Source: Phoronis australis (lineage: Eukaryota; Animalia; Phoronida). From it: a DNA stretch of 64,000 bases. The notes below the pieces were generated by a model. The model saw only the letters and a list, made by a program, of their open reading frames with translations, was not told the origin of the DNA and did not search any database. The position numbers were made by a program, and so were the translations under genes. The stretch spans positions 271,885-335,884 of the forward strand of contig NMRA01000369.1 of NCBI GenBank assembly GCA_002633005.1. The letters run 5' to 3'. Numbering within the stretch: the stretch's first letter is position 1; every line of letters begins with the position of its first letter. Shown here in pieces: positions 13,001-27,399 of the stretch.

Positions 13001-16000
13001 CCAGAGGTTGTGGAACCATCTGGCTCTTATCAAGAAATAGTAACTGTGGACTCTCACAAAAAATTTGTAATTCTTTCCAATTTTTACGCACACTTATTTC
13101 ACTGATAACTTTTGCCTAAATGTAGCCCGCAACTATTCAGTGGCCCTGGAAAGTATGCAATCTAACTCAATATACAGTACACAGTATTCAGACAAAATGT
13201 TTTGTATTGCACTGTATCATTAATTTGTTGCTTGCTGAATGGAAATGCGTCAAGTTAACTTTGAGTCTTCTTTGTACAGCTGTATGCCCGCATGTGGGAG
13301 TATGCAATGAGCCGGGAGAAGTATGACTCTGATGGAGAACCTGTTGCCATTGGCGACACTCACAATAGGAAACTGAAACCACCTCATATGTAAGTAAACA
13401 AATGAAAGAGTAATGATAAAATTAGTGTGGTAGTGATATTGAGAGTTACTGAATGCTGATGTTTAAGATGACTATTGATTATCTTGGTTTTAGGCCAAAG
13501 TTATGATTAAAAATAGGCGACAAGTATTTTGGCAATATTTGAGGTCGTAATGATGTTTTTTTCCACTGAAGTCACCTTGAGTTATGTCGTGTTTATCTTG
13601 ATGAATGTATTTTGCTACCACTGACTGGCTTCATTTCTGATCACAATACCAGCTTGTTGGTGGAGTTCGTAGTCAGTAAAGTTATGTGGACTTTGTGTGT
13701 CTACATACTAAACTACAATTTTTGTTTTTTCAGACTTGAATGGAACGTTAAATGTGTTGAAAAAGATATGGTGGTTGCCAAGGAGCAGCTTCTGGGTAAT
13801 GTAAGTATTGACTCTATACGGTGACAATGGGCCAAGCAGTATTCACTAGGTGGCACTAATCACGAAAGGTCGGAATACATTAAAGTAGTTCCATCACAGT
13901 GAAGGCATGTGTGTGATAAGGGTCCCAACTGAAGGCAGACATTTTTGCGTGCACTAAACTCTGAATGTCGATTCGCCCAGTTTAACAAAGGTGTAATAAT
14001 TGAGGCAGAGGTATAATTTTCAGTAGATTAATTTAAAAATGAGCAACAGTCATGAAGGTGCTGGTGAGTGACATCACAGATTATGTCAAAAGGGTGATGC
14101 ACAAGATTTTGTGAGCGGTTTTGAGCACAATCTATCGACATTTTCTTTCTAAGAAATTCTAGGGAACTGGATCAGTCAGCTTAGTACTGACCACAGTCTC
14201 AGTTCGTTCACAGATTGACTGTCTTCACGATGTAATCAGATTCTTGCTTCAGGTTAAATGTGCTTTGTCTGAAGAATTTTTCTTATTAAAACCACACCAT
14301 GACATTATTTTGTGAAAATTTTAAGAGTTCACTGAAAAGAAATAAGTCTATGTCAGGTTACACTGATTATTAAACATTTCTTAAGGGATTATGCAAGTAG
14401 CAAGCTTTATTGATTTAATTTTGTTTGTCCATAATGTTCAGTAATTTTATCCATAATGTCTAATCTTTTATTTGTTTTTTGGGCATACCCTCAATTCCGT
14501 CTTTAGGAATCGTTTTTGTTTTCAGAGGATGGACATTATTATTCATCGATGTGAATACAGTTAGTATACAGGGGCAGATCCAGGATTTTGAGTTAGGGGA
14601 GGGGCAGGGCAGAGTATTAGCCAGGATTTTGCCTGTCAGACATTCGCACCCGCGAACTGGGAGAATTTTAGGGAGGTGGGGCATAGCCCCCTTGGCCCCT
14701 CTGTAAATCTGCCACTGGTATACATGCAACAATTCATAAATCATGACATCTTGGAATTACTAATAATAAATTTCCTGACATTGCGGTTCTGCCTGGGTCT
14801 TTCTCCTGGGAATTGGTGACTGACTGGTTCCTGTAAAACTTTTGTTGTCCATGATCACCAGCAGAGGACGTCGAAATTTTCGCGGGAACCAGTCAGTCAC
14901 CAATTCCCAGTAGAAGGCGCTGGGGAGCTCCACAACTTCAGGCAATTATTTTATAGTGAGTTTCAGGAGTCACGATTTATACATTTTTGCATCAGTATAG
15001 CCTTCTGTGTTTGTCCCAAAACCATGTCCATCTCCTGCTCTTGCATTTCTAGATGATTTAATAAGTTCATTGAATATGCTTATTTTTCACCCTTGGCAAC
15101 TGCAGCTCGCTGACCTTGAACTTCACGTTCAACCATCAGAGTATGGAAAAGGCTTCGTCAAGGCCAACCGCATGAGTCCTGATGGTTACTTCCAAATGGC
15201 ATTACAACTTGCCTTCTATCGGGACCAGAATGAAACTCCAAAAACATACGAATCGGCTGCCACAAGGTACTTCTGCAAGACTGTATTGAGATCACATTGA
15301 CTTCATTGATTTAAATTTTGATTATATCATGGGGATGTATATTGCTTTCATCTCCGTTCGGGCTTCCGGTGTCTGCTGTGTCTCCTAAACCCAGCGCAGG
15401 ATCGTCATGAGATTTGACAGATGCGTTGGTATCAAACTTGTGATGATAGATGATGACGAGTTTTGGATCAGTCCATTACTCTGTCTCAAGTGACAATTTT
15501 ATTTCTTTACATTAATTTTACCTTCAAAGTGCCATGCTTGATTTTCATGAGGTTCTTCAAGTAGGCTTTTACTATGGTGCCTACCCATTTTTGAACAGAT
15601 CTGGCGTATTTTGAGTCCCCTAGTGGCCTTTTTTATTAATTTGCAGTTCGATTGTTGGCTTCTGCCTCTCTGTCCATCAAACTGCTCAAAAGATCATTGT
15701 GAAAATCAATAGCAATTGGGTGTTGTGTCACAAAGACTATGACAGACATTGATTTTTGGATATTAAGCTGATTACTGTGGCACCTCCTAGTGACAATTTC
15801 ATTTTTGCATTCGCAGTTGTATCTCCTTAACCTCAGGCGAAATCTTTATAAAATGTGATAAGTGTTTTCCTGTGACAATGGAAGACGACCTTGGAATGGA
15901 TTTGATTACCTCTGTGCCTGCAGTGACATATAGTGGCTGTCATTGATTAATTTGTTGTGTGCCTCTCTATCTGCCAAACCGCCCCAAGAATCATGAAAAT

Positions 16001-17630
16001 TGGCTGATGCGTTCCAACTGAGAAGACATTGTCCAACGTTGTGAGGATGGGTCCGACGTCCATGGTACCCCCTATTGTCATTTTTAGCATCTATAGCCTT
16101 ATCTCCATGACCCCTTGAAGGATCTTTGTGAAATTTGGCGAGTGTTAAATTTCTATGAATATGGCTGCGGCTGATGCAGATTTTTGGACAGATCTTACTA
16201 CCACTGTGTCTTCTTGTGGCAATTTTCTATTAAGGAGACGAAGACTCCTTTTCATTTTCGAATGGATTGAACATATTCTGCACCACCTAGTGGCCATTCT
16301 AATTTTTCAATCTGTTGTTTGGTGTCAGGTTTTCTAATGTCATTAAGAAAGTAATCCATATGCGGTATTTCACTTCGCCAGACTGCCGAGCAAAATGGAG
16401 GTCTGAAAATGCATGTTAAAATACTGATAAAGATTATCAGTGAAAGAATGGTTAAAAGCTTGATCAAATCTGCTCCTGACAAAGTTTCTTGCCTTGGTGC
16501 TGATAAGTATTTCCTCTTTGCCAGAATGTTTGCAGAGGGTCGTACCGAAACCATCCGGCCAGTGTCTGAGCACTCGGTGGCCTTTGTAAAGTCCATGGAC
16601 GACTTGTGTGTGAGCCGGGAGCAGAGAGTAATTCATCTGAAGAAAGCCATTCATGCGCAAACTCAGTACAAGATCGACGCGAGCAATGGCTACGGTTGTG
16701 ATCGACACATGTTTGGACTATACATGGCCTCACAGGAACTTGGCATGGCCGTACCTAAAGTGTTCAAGGATCCGGTGAGTTTGATGTCAAGTAGCTTTGG
16801 TCTCAGGTTGTGATTAGCAAGAGGGTCTATGTTGACCTAAGGGATGATTGAGCCTTTTAAGGGCCTTCATTGAAGGGTCACGCATTGTTACGGCCTGGGG
16901 CCCATTTCACGAAAACTCACTCATCAAAAATATTTCTGTGTCAAAACCAAAATTTGGACTAAGTTAAGACCAAGGACCAAAATTCAGAAAAGACTGTTGT
17001 GTAGATACAAAGTCAGATTATTTGGTTTTCGTTTTTAGCCTGCTAAAGAGAGCGAAATGTGGCATGGTATACTTTTAAAAGATTTTGGTAACTGTTTTCA
17101 ATACGTTGACATTATGTTTTTATTTGTGCAACAGATCTGCTTCGCTCCCGACCGCCTCTCCACTTCTCAGACACCGGTCAAACTGACCAACGATTGGCGA
17201 CTCGAGACCAGCTCAATAGGTGGCGGCTTTGGTCCAGTCTGTGCCGACGGCTATGGGGTCTCCTACATCATTGTGGGAGAAGATGTTGGTAAGGAATAAG
17301 TGACACTAAAAATATATTTTTATCATTCTATTCTTAATAGTATTTTGAAAGACAATAATTGCACAAGAATTGAATCACCCTTTCTGCGATGTTTTCTGAA
17401 GTCGGTCAACCTTTTACATATTTCTAGAATTCCCCATAATGTTGAATTAGAATGTTAGTATTTAATTTTCGTTTAATCTCAACTTCCTCATGATAGTTTG
17501 CTTTGGTTTTCTAATAGTTAACTTCCACGTCACTAGTCGGCACCACAGTGGCCGGGTCAGTGCCACACGCTTCGGTGCAGAAATAGTCCAGGCTATGAGG
17601 GATATGAGACAACTCTTTACCAGTGAGTGA
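1068..17630 (+). CDS. CPT1: Carnitine O-palmitoyltransferase 1-like carnitine/choline acyltransferase, multi-exon; 5' exon(s) lie upstream of the window
   Basis: GT-AG exons with consistent phases: 1068-1184, 1765-1841, 2697-2787, 3902-3982, 5287-5373, 6520-6635, 7646-7710, 8191-8289, 8837-8886, [9993-10077 or 12083-12176], 13280-13389, 13734-13800, 15106-15266, 16525-16774, 17135-17288, 17518-17630 (TGA). The spliced product (~573 aa in the window) has family motifs NWLSEWW, VNSNYY, PICM..Y, STCRIPG, LAALTS..R..WA, NRWFD, EH..AD, SPDGYFQMALQLA, TYESA.TR.F..GRTETIR, G.GCDRH, LSTSQT and GGGFGPV..DGYGVSY. The last motif is closest to CPT1; exact orthology not established. Confidence 0.9.
2819..3271. 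mobile_element. Non-autonomous TIR element flanked by TTAA (Kolobok-like MITE)
   Basis: ttaa-gtttatgcaggacctt ... aaggtcttgcataact-ttaa imperfect terminal inverted repeats; no ORF. Confidence 0.45.
9803..9922. repeat. Two-copy ~57-bp tandem duplication in the intron upstream of exon A
   Basis: ttcaatcattcgatttgttaaaataaatgctttcatctgactatcttttaattgatt occurs twice head-to-tail. Confidence 0.9.
9993..10077 (+). CDS. CPT1-like catalytic-His exon, version A (WFDVCATLVLFPNGHGGGVAEHATADAP)
   Basis: Acceptor ttttccag, donor gtaggt, 85 nt, phase 2 in and phase 0 out; joins 8886 to 13280 in frame. Confidence 0.85.
12083..12176 (+). CDS. CPT1-like catalytic-His exon, version B ([31 protein letters not shown])
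   Basis: Acceptor tttag (weak pyrimidine tract), donor gtatgt, 94 nt, phase 2 in and phase 0 out; also joins 8886 to 13280 in frame; carries the canonical RWFDKS...G.N.EH..AD motif. Confidence 0.8.
12553..12801. repeat. Long degenerate palindrome (foldback/MITE remnant) in CPT1-like intron
   Basis: Nested complementary blocks: aaccatac/gtatggtt, tcaaaggat/atcttttga, tagagag/ctctcta, tgatga-tgacc/ggtca-tcatca, gacaccagg/cctggtgtc, ctcct/aggag, centred near 12677. Confidence 0.7.
14569..14717. mobile_element. Short non-autonomous hAT-like MITE
   Basis: TIRs caggggcagatcca ... taaatctgccactg with 5-bp flanking duplication gtata. Confidence 0.65.
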
Positions 17631-20030
17631 AGACACCCATGGATTCCTCTTCACAAAGTCATTAAGGGCATTGCAGTTTTTGTTTTAAGCAGGTGATTGC
17701 GACTAGTAAAGCAACCATCGTGAATTCTTTATTGGATTGTAATGACTGTCGCAAAATAATATAGATTTTACTGCAGTTGTATTTATTGCTGGGCAAGCAA
17801 GGTGTCATTCTCAAACGTTTAAGTTATAACAGTGCATGAAAAGGTGTGCACAATGCATTATTTTTAGTTTACTTGGCTCTTTAGACCATTTCAGTTCTCT
17901 TATTCTATATTTTTGTTGTATTTTGTTGTACATATAAACGATTAATATCGAGGTGTATCTTTTTCAGAAAAATCAAAATTAGATTTAATATATATTCATT
18001 GACTCGTCAGGTATTAATTTTAATCTATGCACTTGATTTTATGCTTTGAAGACTGTTTACCACATGAATTTCATGCAGTTGTCAGGTCATTGAGCAAAGG
18101 CTTCAGATTTTATTCAAAGTTGAGAATGATTTATGTTCTATCAACAGTTTACATGCGTTTTAATTGATCATTATATGTATTCGGAAATTCAACATATTTT
18201 TGAATTTGTGACTGTATGTTGTCACATTATTTGTCTCCAATACATGCTTATTGTTGTTTTCGTTTAGTGTATGTATTTCAACTGTTGGTCATTTAACAGC
18301 CACTTGCACCATGAAGATAATGATAAATAATGATTCATTTTAATATTTGCTCAGTGTTTGTTACAAGTACTTTATTATTCAGTAATACAGAGGTCTTGCA
18401 GAGCATCCAGAATCATAAGGCCTGAAAATGGCCGCTTAAGATTTGCCACGTAATTGAACTAGATTAAGTTGTTTTAAAACTAATCGCATATTTTCCAGTT
18501 ATGGATATCCATAAGATGCACCCAATATAAATGTCAGCATTGATTTTGAAATAAAACTCCTCAAAAGTTGACTAGAACCAATGTCATTGAAAAATAGGTG
18601 CATTCACAATACTGTTCTGTTGTTGAAGGAAAAAACAGAGGAAGTCATTGTCCCCTTATTACTTTTTGCTCATGTGAACACAGTAATATTTTGTAGAAGT
18701 GACAAACTGGTGAATCTGGGTAAAAGTACAGTTTCTGGGTCCTTATTCAGACCCTATTCAATCCTTCATATGTCCCACAAAAATGATCACACATGGATGA
18801 TATATACCTCAATCAATTTGTAATTGTTCACTCTTTACTCTTCGGCGAAAATTGTTTCAAATGAATTTAAGCTTTCACTTTCCTAACATTTGCCCACAAA
18901 GTGGCTATACGTGACTGGCTAGAAATCTGTTGTTAGTGTGCACCAATCTTTCAATGCATTAGCTCCATCAATGACATCTAGAGTTGTAAATTACAACTAA
19001 AGTACCGTACAAACCTGAATTTCGTTTTTCCCGATATTTATTCAGTTTACAAGGATTCATGGCATCAGTGGGAAAATATGCATGTTAATAAAATATCGGA
19101 GTTCCCGCTGCGTTACGAGACCAGTACAACAAAATTGTAATTGGGCATAAGTGGCACAGTGAATCATGATGGGATGCGTGTGGTGACTGGGGGGATGATG
19201 GTTGGCGACAGGAAGGGGGGGGCACCGCCTGGGATGGTGGGTGGCGACTGGANATTGGCCTGCTTGTTGTCATACGGGACAAAAGACTGTACTGGGCAGT
19301 CAACAAAAGAGCCAGATGTTATAGCACATTCAGAACCCCTCACGTCTGGAAAAGTTGCTGAACAACAAAACGCCATCATGTAGAAGGCCGATCAAGCTGA
19401 AACTTGGGGGCTGATCAGTTGAAAGATTGGCCTTTCAAATAAAAACAGAAACTTTAAAATCTAAGACAAAAAGTTTTTCGACCGAAAAAACCCTAAGCCT
19501 ATAGTCCAGGGTTTCTTGTGGGCCAAAAAAATTTTTGTCTGCCAATTTCAAAAATTCTTTTTCAGAAACTAAAACCCAACAAGTTTGAGTTTGATCAGAT
19601 CATTAATAAGGTCACGCAGCATGATCAAAGTTGAAAAATGTAATTTTTAGGCGTTTTCGCGCTTAAAATTTTTTTACCCCGATTTCAAACCGTCTTTCTT
19701 TATTGGATAGCCCTTTACTTACTGGCTCCAGAAACGTAAGTCACCGCGTCCCCCTGCTTTTTTCTCGGTCTGCCAAGTGTTTGGGAACAACAACTTTCAA
19801 GACAATAAACACGATCAGAATTCTACCAATTTATTTTTCTTGTTTTTCTCATATTCACCTACCAAATTGCACGGGAACAGTAGTTTTCAAAATAAACTGG
19901 ACAGAACTTTGCCAAACTACTGGATAAAAACTTCTTACCAAGATTGTTTGCCTGTTTAGTCAAACTTTTGTTGCCATAAAATGGCATTTTTGTTGAAGTT
20001 TTGTTGGAGTATAATGTGATGTCATTGCCC

Positions 20031-20124
20031 CTAGCTGCAAGTACGCAGTCACACCTAGCTGCAAGTACGCAGTCACACCTAGCTGCAAGTACGCAGTCAC
20101 AACTAGCTGCAAGTACACAGTCAC
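20031..20124. repeat. 24-bp minisatellite, about 4 copies
   Basis: ctagctgcaagtacgcagtcacac repeated; explains the repetitive CDCVLAAR / VTAYLQLG ORF text. Confidence 0.9.
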
Positions 20125-21706
20125 AATGTTGACAATGAGCATCAAGCGACACATGTGGACATTTTACAAGATTTAGCCAAAATTTAAATGATTTCTGGTT
20201 AAAGAGAAATGGATAATTTTTTGTTTTGTTCCCCGAAACATGGAATGTTGACGCCCAGTTTATTTTGAAAACAACTATAAATATTCTTATATATACACCA
20301 TAACATGTAAAAGACTGGACACAGTTGGTAAACGTTTTTACAGCTTGTGACAACTGTAATTATCTCCCACTGTGGAGCTCAAAACACTTTCATGACTTAT
20401 GGTCACTCCACACCCACTGTAGTCAAACTACTGACCTTTGAACCCAACTATGATCATGCTCTGCCGTGGACTAGAATTAGTGCAGATTCAACAGATGGTA
20501 TCCTATAAACTTGCATTCTGTCTATAAACAGAAACTAGCATGATGAAGACCACTTATCGCTTTCGGTCAATAACAAACCGTCAGTTGTTTTAAAGCCCAA
20601 AATCCTGACAACTGAAGATCAATTCGGAAAGTGGCCTAAATCAAAAGTAATGTTTTTATGTTGAAAGACTAGCTTATAGTGGCCTTTAATGATGCATGTT
20701 AGCTTGCTATTTCGAACTAGCAGCACTTACCTTGCCCATTTCATTGTGCTCATCATTTTGTGTTCCAGCTGACCACAGTCAGGACATGGGTTTCAAATGA
20801 AAATGGCCACTATTCACAATAATCCACTAATAAATAAATACAATGTCAATTCTCACATAAAAATTGTCTTGTTAACAAGATTTCTGATAGCTATTAACTA
20901 AAATTGTTAACACCAACCCCTATTGCTAAAGCAACACCCTTTAGCTATTTAAGCGAGTCTTAGTCTTAGATACAGAATAGCTTTTGTCGGCACAGAATAA
21001 TGCAAGTGAGCAGGGGTGGTCCATCCACAAGCCAAACAATATCCGCAAATGTGAAAAGTGCCATGAGAGTGAGGAATCTGCATCTGCAAGAGAAGAATAT
21101 CATGCACCAAAATTTTTTTCAGGGGCAGGCCAGAGCTGCGCCCAGACGCAAGTCTAGGTGCCTTCTTAAGATAAATCTTTCATTTAAATAATGGACAGAG
21201 CAATTGCCCGCTAACCTTTAGCAAAATGGCAGCTATTAATGGCGAAACGTGGGTTGAAGTATAAATCACTGATGAAGCAAATGGTACGAAACAAGGTACA
21301 ATGTTCAAGACAAGATGGCTCCTAAACATTTAATTTTAGCAAGCGTGCTATGGTTTTGTTTTGAAATGTGCAGGATGTCGGTATATAGGAAATGAATCGA
21401 GTAAAGTTGCTTAGTTAACAATCTGGTGAAACATTGCTTGAAAAAAGTTACATATTACATCTGTTACCATAATTACCACATTGAAAGTGGAAAACGCATT
21501 CTTCTCATTGTACATGAAGTGATTTATCTGAGCCAACATTTCACATTTCACATCAGTTGCTTTCGTAACCTATGGCAATGGCATAAGTAACGACATAATG
21601 TCATTACTTATAATCTGAGCCTCATTTTCTAACAGTAGATTGTTCTTTTACATGACAACCACATACTTTAGCAACCTGTTGGATCATCAGCCTAGTCACA
21701 GTGACC

Positions 21707-24700
21707 TCAGTTTCCCTTTTTCTTCGTAACCTCCACTATTATTGGAACTGAAATGAACATCACCAAAAATTCACTTGTAATCACAGCCTACCAAATTTCT
21801 TGCACACTTGCAATGTTGCCAAATGTCATTCAGAATCCAGAACAACAGTCTGTTATACCATAAAGGTCATGAGTAAACTAAGTTGTCAGTCTGTACATTT
21901 ACCCAAATATTGAAAACCATAATGTATTTGGAAGACTGTCTTTTTTAAATGAGACTTTCTTATTTAGTCTCAAAGTGGACGGAACGGTTGCACTTTTTTA
22001 AATACACTTCAGGCCATAAAAATAATATGAAACAAATCTATACTAGCCTTGCTCTTAATACGTTTACAGTATTTCACATGGCAAAAATTGAAAATACTAA
22101 CTGTGGAAACAATAAAGTTGTTACACTTTTGCGTAAAACAAGTTTTGAGGAAGAAAAACTATAAAATTTAATTTTGGATTTGCAATTGAATGAAACCTGA
22201 TTCTGTAATACAAAATTTGTCATAAAATTCATCGCTCTTGTTTATTTTGAAAACAAAGTAAATAAAGCATGTAATTTGAAACAATACAAACAACCTATCC
22301 CACAAAACTAAGGTTTGCACACGCAGATGTTAATGAGTGCAAAAGCTACCAAATACAACAAACTCTCATTACCATGAACTTACCAATAATTATAAGCAGG
22401 ACTGCAGTGATTACTAAACCAATAATGATCCTCATCTGAAAGTAACAAGAACTGTCATTTAATACTGACACACTTTCGACTGAACATGCCAATGATAACA
22501 ATCCTGTTATATACAGCTTTTGTAACGTGAAATGATTGTGATGCAATCTTAAATACTTCAGGGGCCTGTTACTAGAAGAGACTAATTGGATTTTGTTTTT
22601 CGGTGTGTGGAGCACAGCATGGTAACATTGACCTGCTGTATAATACATGTACTTCTCACAATAGGCATTTTGTCTGTTGTGTATATACTTTAAACAAGAT
22701 GTTGAAAGCCATAGTAGTAAGATCTGCCTCTAATTCAAAACCTATTACAACTCACTCGACATTGTTTCCACCACATTTCTCGTCGCAAGCCTCGAGCTCG
22801 TATGCGGAAGAGATCAGCACTTCCTGACAAATCCTCTGCAAATACAATGAATGAATGAAGTTTAATGTTGATTCCGCACTTCTGTCAAAATGAGCGCCAC
22901 TCCACATTTGCCTGACACCATGTTCTGTCGAGGGGTGGTGACAAGCAATCTACCTGATATAAATGTTTGGTGTGCTAGGTGTTATATTAACGTGATATCA
23001 AATTAAAGTTGGAGACGTAAAACAGCACCAATTTCGGATAAAAACTGAGTCAGACCCTTTTTAAGGGTTTCTAACATTGCCGTTAAGTCCAAAATTTCCC
23101 AACATGATGGTGGTTATGACATTGACCATGAATATTTAACAAAGAATTATTTTGGTGCACTGTATCAATTTAAGCTGTATTTTCCCTAGTTTAGCTGAAA
23201 ATTGAATTAGGTCTTCTACTGTCTCATAATAGTCCTTACTTTGATAGGATTCTGTTTCGTTCCATTCCCAACAAAACATCAAAACCAACAAGAATATGCT
23301 TCACACATTACTGCGATTGGCCAACTCTAAAATTCTAAAATGGTGCATGCACACCTTGCAACTTGAATTGGTATCAAAAATGGAAATCCTATTGCAAGAG
23401 CAATACTACGACAGTAAAAGACCTAATTTGATAGTCGCTTTTTAAGCAACACTTACTAGTAGCTGCTAATTAATGATTTTGTCCAGGAAGGAAAAGGGAC
23501 AAATGTATCGCTGCTTTGCAAAAAGCGTAAAAGTGACCAAACAGGAGTCGAGACCTCCTGGACTCCCCCTCCAGATCTGCCTCTGATTACATTATGCAGC
23601 TTGGTAAAAAGCAGAATTTTGGCAAATGATCTGCAAAGAAAATGGCCACTTTATCTAGGTTCACGTGCTACATCTGGAGCTAGGCGTGTGACCTTAATGC
23701 AAAATACTTTTCGGGGAAAGAACAAGGAGCATGATTGTTTTTAAAACAATATGAGTGCCAGGCTTGACTTATTATCTATTTAGATAGTGATTCAATTGGG
23801 ATAAACTATGAAAAATAACGCACAAAAGACACAATGATAAAAGAAAAACATACAATTAAAAATATTCATTTATACAGGAAATTGCCAACAAGGGCAGACT
23901 GTAAGTGAAGTTTAAGAGCACACACCCATGAGCAAAAAATTGAGCATAATGTCTTGAAGTAACCGCACTAATTTGGATACAGGGACATGAGCCTATGCAT
24001 GTGGACATGTGGCAACAAGATGGGTTTTACGGAAATATACAGCGCCCAGGGCTTGGAATTCCCCCCCTTTTAAGAGGATTTCCTATCTTTTGGTTTCAAC
24101 TTCTATTTGATTTTTTGTCTCCCTTTTTTGTATCTTATGTATCATTATTTTGGCTTCATTCATGCAACAACATTTAATATTTCAGTTAATTTTTATAACA
24201 AAAACAAATTCTGTCATACAAGCCTATTTATTTTCCTCCTTTATGTCAATGGTCAATCCAAGGCCTGAGTGCCAAGCACAAGCACAGAGCTCACCTGACT
24301 TTTCATGGAGGTCCTCAAGCCGTTCGCCCCTGTCCATTACCTTGCCGATGTTTTGCTGCATGACCCCCATGACCTCATCCACCTGACCTTGAACTCTAAT
24401 GAAAGCACACGGCAAGACAGTTCATTAACAGCAGTCACATTTTTTATGAGAAGACAGATACTATGACTGATTAGAATGTAGATGAAACGAGCATTCACAT
24501 GTTGACTTTCATTCAGGCATTTGACCTGTTTTCTGATCATGATATGTGAACACTATTAATCAGATTCTATGGTTAATATCTCATTTAACAAGGTGTGTTA
24601 TGAAAATAATGAAGCTGGGTCCATTGCAGGTCAGTTAACAAATATTAAAAGATTTTCCTGGTGAATAGGAAAATTACCTGAATGAGACATAATTATTAGG

Positions 24701-26272
24701 CATTTTAAAATATAATGTGGAACAAATTCATGAAATTAAAAAAAAATCAGAATAGTTTTAAGCTACCCTGTTTCAATCTTTACGGCACAGTACATCTGTG
24801 CTTAAGACAATGGTTCCTTGTCACCACAGGTCAATAAACTTGAATTCTGCACTGATTGACTTAGCTGACAAAGCCACCCAGTCCATGTCATAATGTCATG
24901 TTTCCTACCAAGATACTTAGAAGGGCTAGAGTGGTGACTCAACTCTAGTGAGCAGTCACTCACTCACACCTATATAACGATACCCTATGCTGGGTGAATT
25001 AAATGTCTGTACCTTCACCACTGAAATTTCTTGTCTGATAAGAGGCATTAGCTTAATGTATAATTGCAGCAATATCAAGAACAAATTATGATTTTGTGAA
25101 ATACAATCTTGTAGATTATAGGTTAGTTCTACAGAAAGATATCATCTCCAACTTCATATTAAATAAAAAATTGTTTACCTAGTAATGGCGTCATTATTTA
25201 GTCTGGCAGGTCGAGCAGTTGGGCCTTTCAAAAAGAAGTCGTCATCGTCATCATCTTCATCATCAAGAAGTCGTTGCTGTAAGATACAATAACACTTCGT
25301 ATTGATAAGTACCATGCCACACAGGTGTCAACAGGCTCAGGTAAAACTCAAAACTACAAATCGCGTGGAAGCTAAAAACTGTTCGTCAACATCAAGTTCT
25401 AGTTTTATAGCCCACTTCACAACTGCCAAATCCCTAAATCAGATATTGAACTAGCTGCGACCGAAGACTGTAGGTCTATTTCAAAATCTTCATTTAGTAG
25501 TTTTTTGAAAACCTTTGAATGTAAGCGACAAAGGGGTTGTCTCCTGGCAATAGAGCCCAAAGAACCAAACATACGTTACTTGTCAACTCAAAATAGGACA
25601 ATAGTCACTTATAAAGGTCCTGAATTTTTAGAACCAGTTTAATGCCCGTTATCCAATGTAAAGAACTGGTTCTCAAAATGTGGGAGTCTTGTAAGTGACT
25701 ACACAAAACGGAATTTTAATACAGCCAGACAAATTACTTGTGTAGTGATTTGCAGCAAATAAAAACTAAGAATAAGGTTTTTACACTTTACTGGGCTTTG
25801 GGTACAGCACTTTTCCTAGTATCAATTGACTACAGAAACAATATTTCTGTCTCATCAAACATACAAGCATTTGATAAGCAGAGTTACTTTATGTCAGGGT
25901 CAAAACTGCCATAGACACAAATACTAACGTGCGCAGTAGACAAAAATGAAAAAAGTTAAATGTTAGTTTTTAACTGCAACAGTTCTGTGAATACTTAACA
26001 ACTCTTCCAATGTTTTTATAGACGTAAGTTTTTAGAACACGACTAGTAAAATATCATGGCTACATGTCTGACTCTTATACAAATAATGCCACTCGTTTAT
26101 GCAATTCCATAATAAAAAATTGAACTATGATAACCACACATCAACTGTCAACTTTGTTGCATCCTAGCCATGGCCCTGTAAGTGTACAGCAGGTGACTAT
26201 CACTCGAGGCATGTTACGTACCCTCTCCGCAGATTGTGAACCTTCCCCATATCTGTTGAACTTTGGCGGCAT
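21707..26272 (-). CDS. VAMP4: Vesicle-associated membrane protein 4 (R-SNARE), 6 coding exons
   Basis: Exons 26272-26222, 25276-25179, 24395-24295, 22835-22756, 22435-22384, 21747-21707 (TGA) splice in phase to MPPKFNRYGEGSQSAERQRLLDDEDDDDDDFFLKGP...VQGQVDEVMGVMQQNIGKVMDRGERLEDLHEKSEDLS...LRREMWWKQCRMRIIIGLVITAVLLIIIVPIIVEVTKKKGN. The MPPKF start, dileucine plus acidic cluster, DFFL.GP, R-SNARE motif and C-terminal TM helix are diagnostic of VAMP4. Confidence 0.95.
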
Positions 26273-26377
26273 GATGCCTAGGTCATACTAAAACTGATCT
26301 GTAACAAAAACTGACACTTAGAACTGAACGTTGCAGTATGTTGTCAGATTTGTGTTTTGTGACTGTGTATAGGACTC

Positions 26378-26537
26378 CAGGGGTGGATCCGGGATTTTTT
26401 TAAAAAGGGGGTCCGATCAAGGATTTTTATAAAGGGGTCCAAGTTAACAATATGAAAATTCTGGATTCGATAGCACTAAAATCGAGGGAAAAAAGGAGGG
26501 GACCTGACCCCTTGACTCCCTCCTGGATCCACCTATG
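26378..26537. mobile_element. Short non-autonomous hAT-like MITE (same terminal type as 14569-14717)
   Basis: TIRs caggggtggatccggga ... tcctggatccacctatg with 5-bp duplication gactc. Confidence 0.7.
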
Positions 26538-26700
26538 GACTCAAACTTGATGCTTCAAAAGAGATTTCCGAACATCCGACAGAAATGCAAAAATATAGGA
26601 AAAAAATTAATGTTAGTACAATAACTATAGGTATGACTGGTTTGTAACATGCCACAACCAAACTCAGTGAGGAGTTCCACGACCATCGTGATACTGTCTC

Positions 26701-27078
26701 TGTTGCAGCCCAAATTGATGCCTGTGCCAAACTGATTTGGTGCACTTAGTGCCGGCTGGTGAGCCAAACTGATGCCTGCCTTGCACCAAATTAAAGCTTC
26801 AGTGAGTGGTTTATAGATTTTTAACTGTTATCAGAACTGAAATTGATGACAATGAGTTCTCACGTATCCAGGTCACATGGACTAATCACACGGGGAAGTG
26901 TTCTGAGAAACAACTCACCATCCACTATCCAGCACTGATTGTCGTCAATTTCAGTTTCTGATAAACCTATAAACTACTGGCAGTAATTTGGGAACTTACA
27001 GTAGCTTCAGTTTGGTACAGGCATCAGTTTGGATCGCCAACCTTCAGTTTGGCGCAGGCATAAGTTTGGGCTGCAACA
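26701..27078. mobile_element. Palindromic MITE with TGT...ACA termini
   Basis: tgttgcagcccaaattgatgcctgtgccaaactga ... tcagtttggcgcaggcataagtttgggctgcaaca, plus internal inverted blocks (ttatcagaactgaaattgatgacaat / attgtcgtcaatttcagtttctgataa). Confidence 0.75.
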
Positions 27079-27399
27079 TCACCTGTCCACGTTGAAACAG
27101 GCATGAAATTACAAAGAAATCGGTGCAGCGATATTCCTTTATGATTCAGCTCTGTGCCTCTGTGAGTGTAAATGTTACGTACCCGTGGTGGTGAATAGAA
27201 TGATAATTTTACAGCCAGAAGTTTAGATATTAAGCAAAAATTCAGGTCCAGCCAGAGCTACGGTCACAAAGGTACTAATGGCAATGAAAACAGAAAACTA
27301 AAGACAGAGACAGAGTATACACTTTCGCTTCCTGCTTTTGTCATGGACGGAAGTTGCTTGCTACCTATGTTACAGCGCCACCTATATGGAAAATAACCG

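Noticed and set aside
20031-20124. Regular repeats resembling a CRISPR array or a Cys-rich repeat protein (ORF 19859-20353)
   Set aside because: Head-to-tail 24-bp units with no unique spacers, in eukaryotic DNA; a simple minisatellite.
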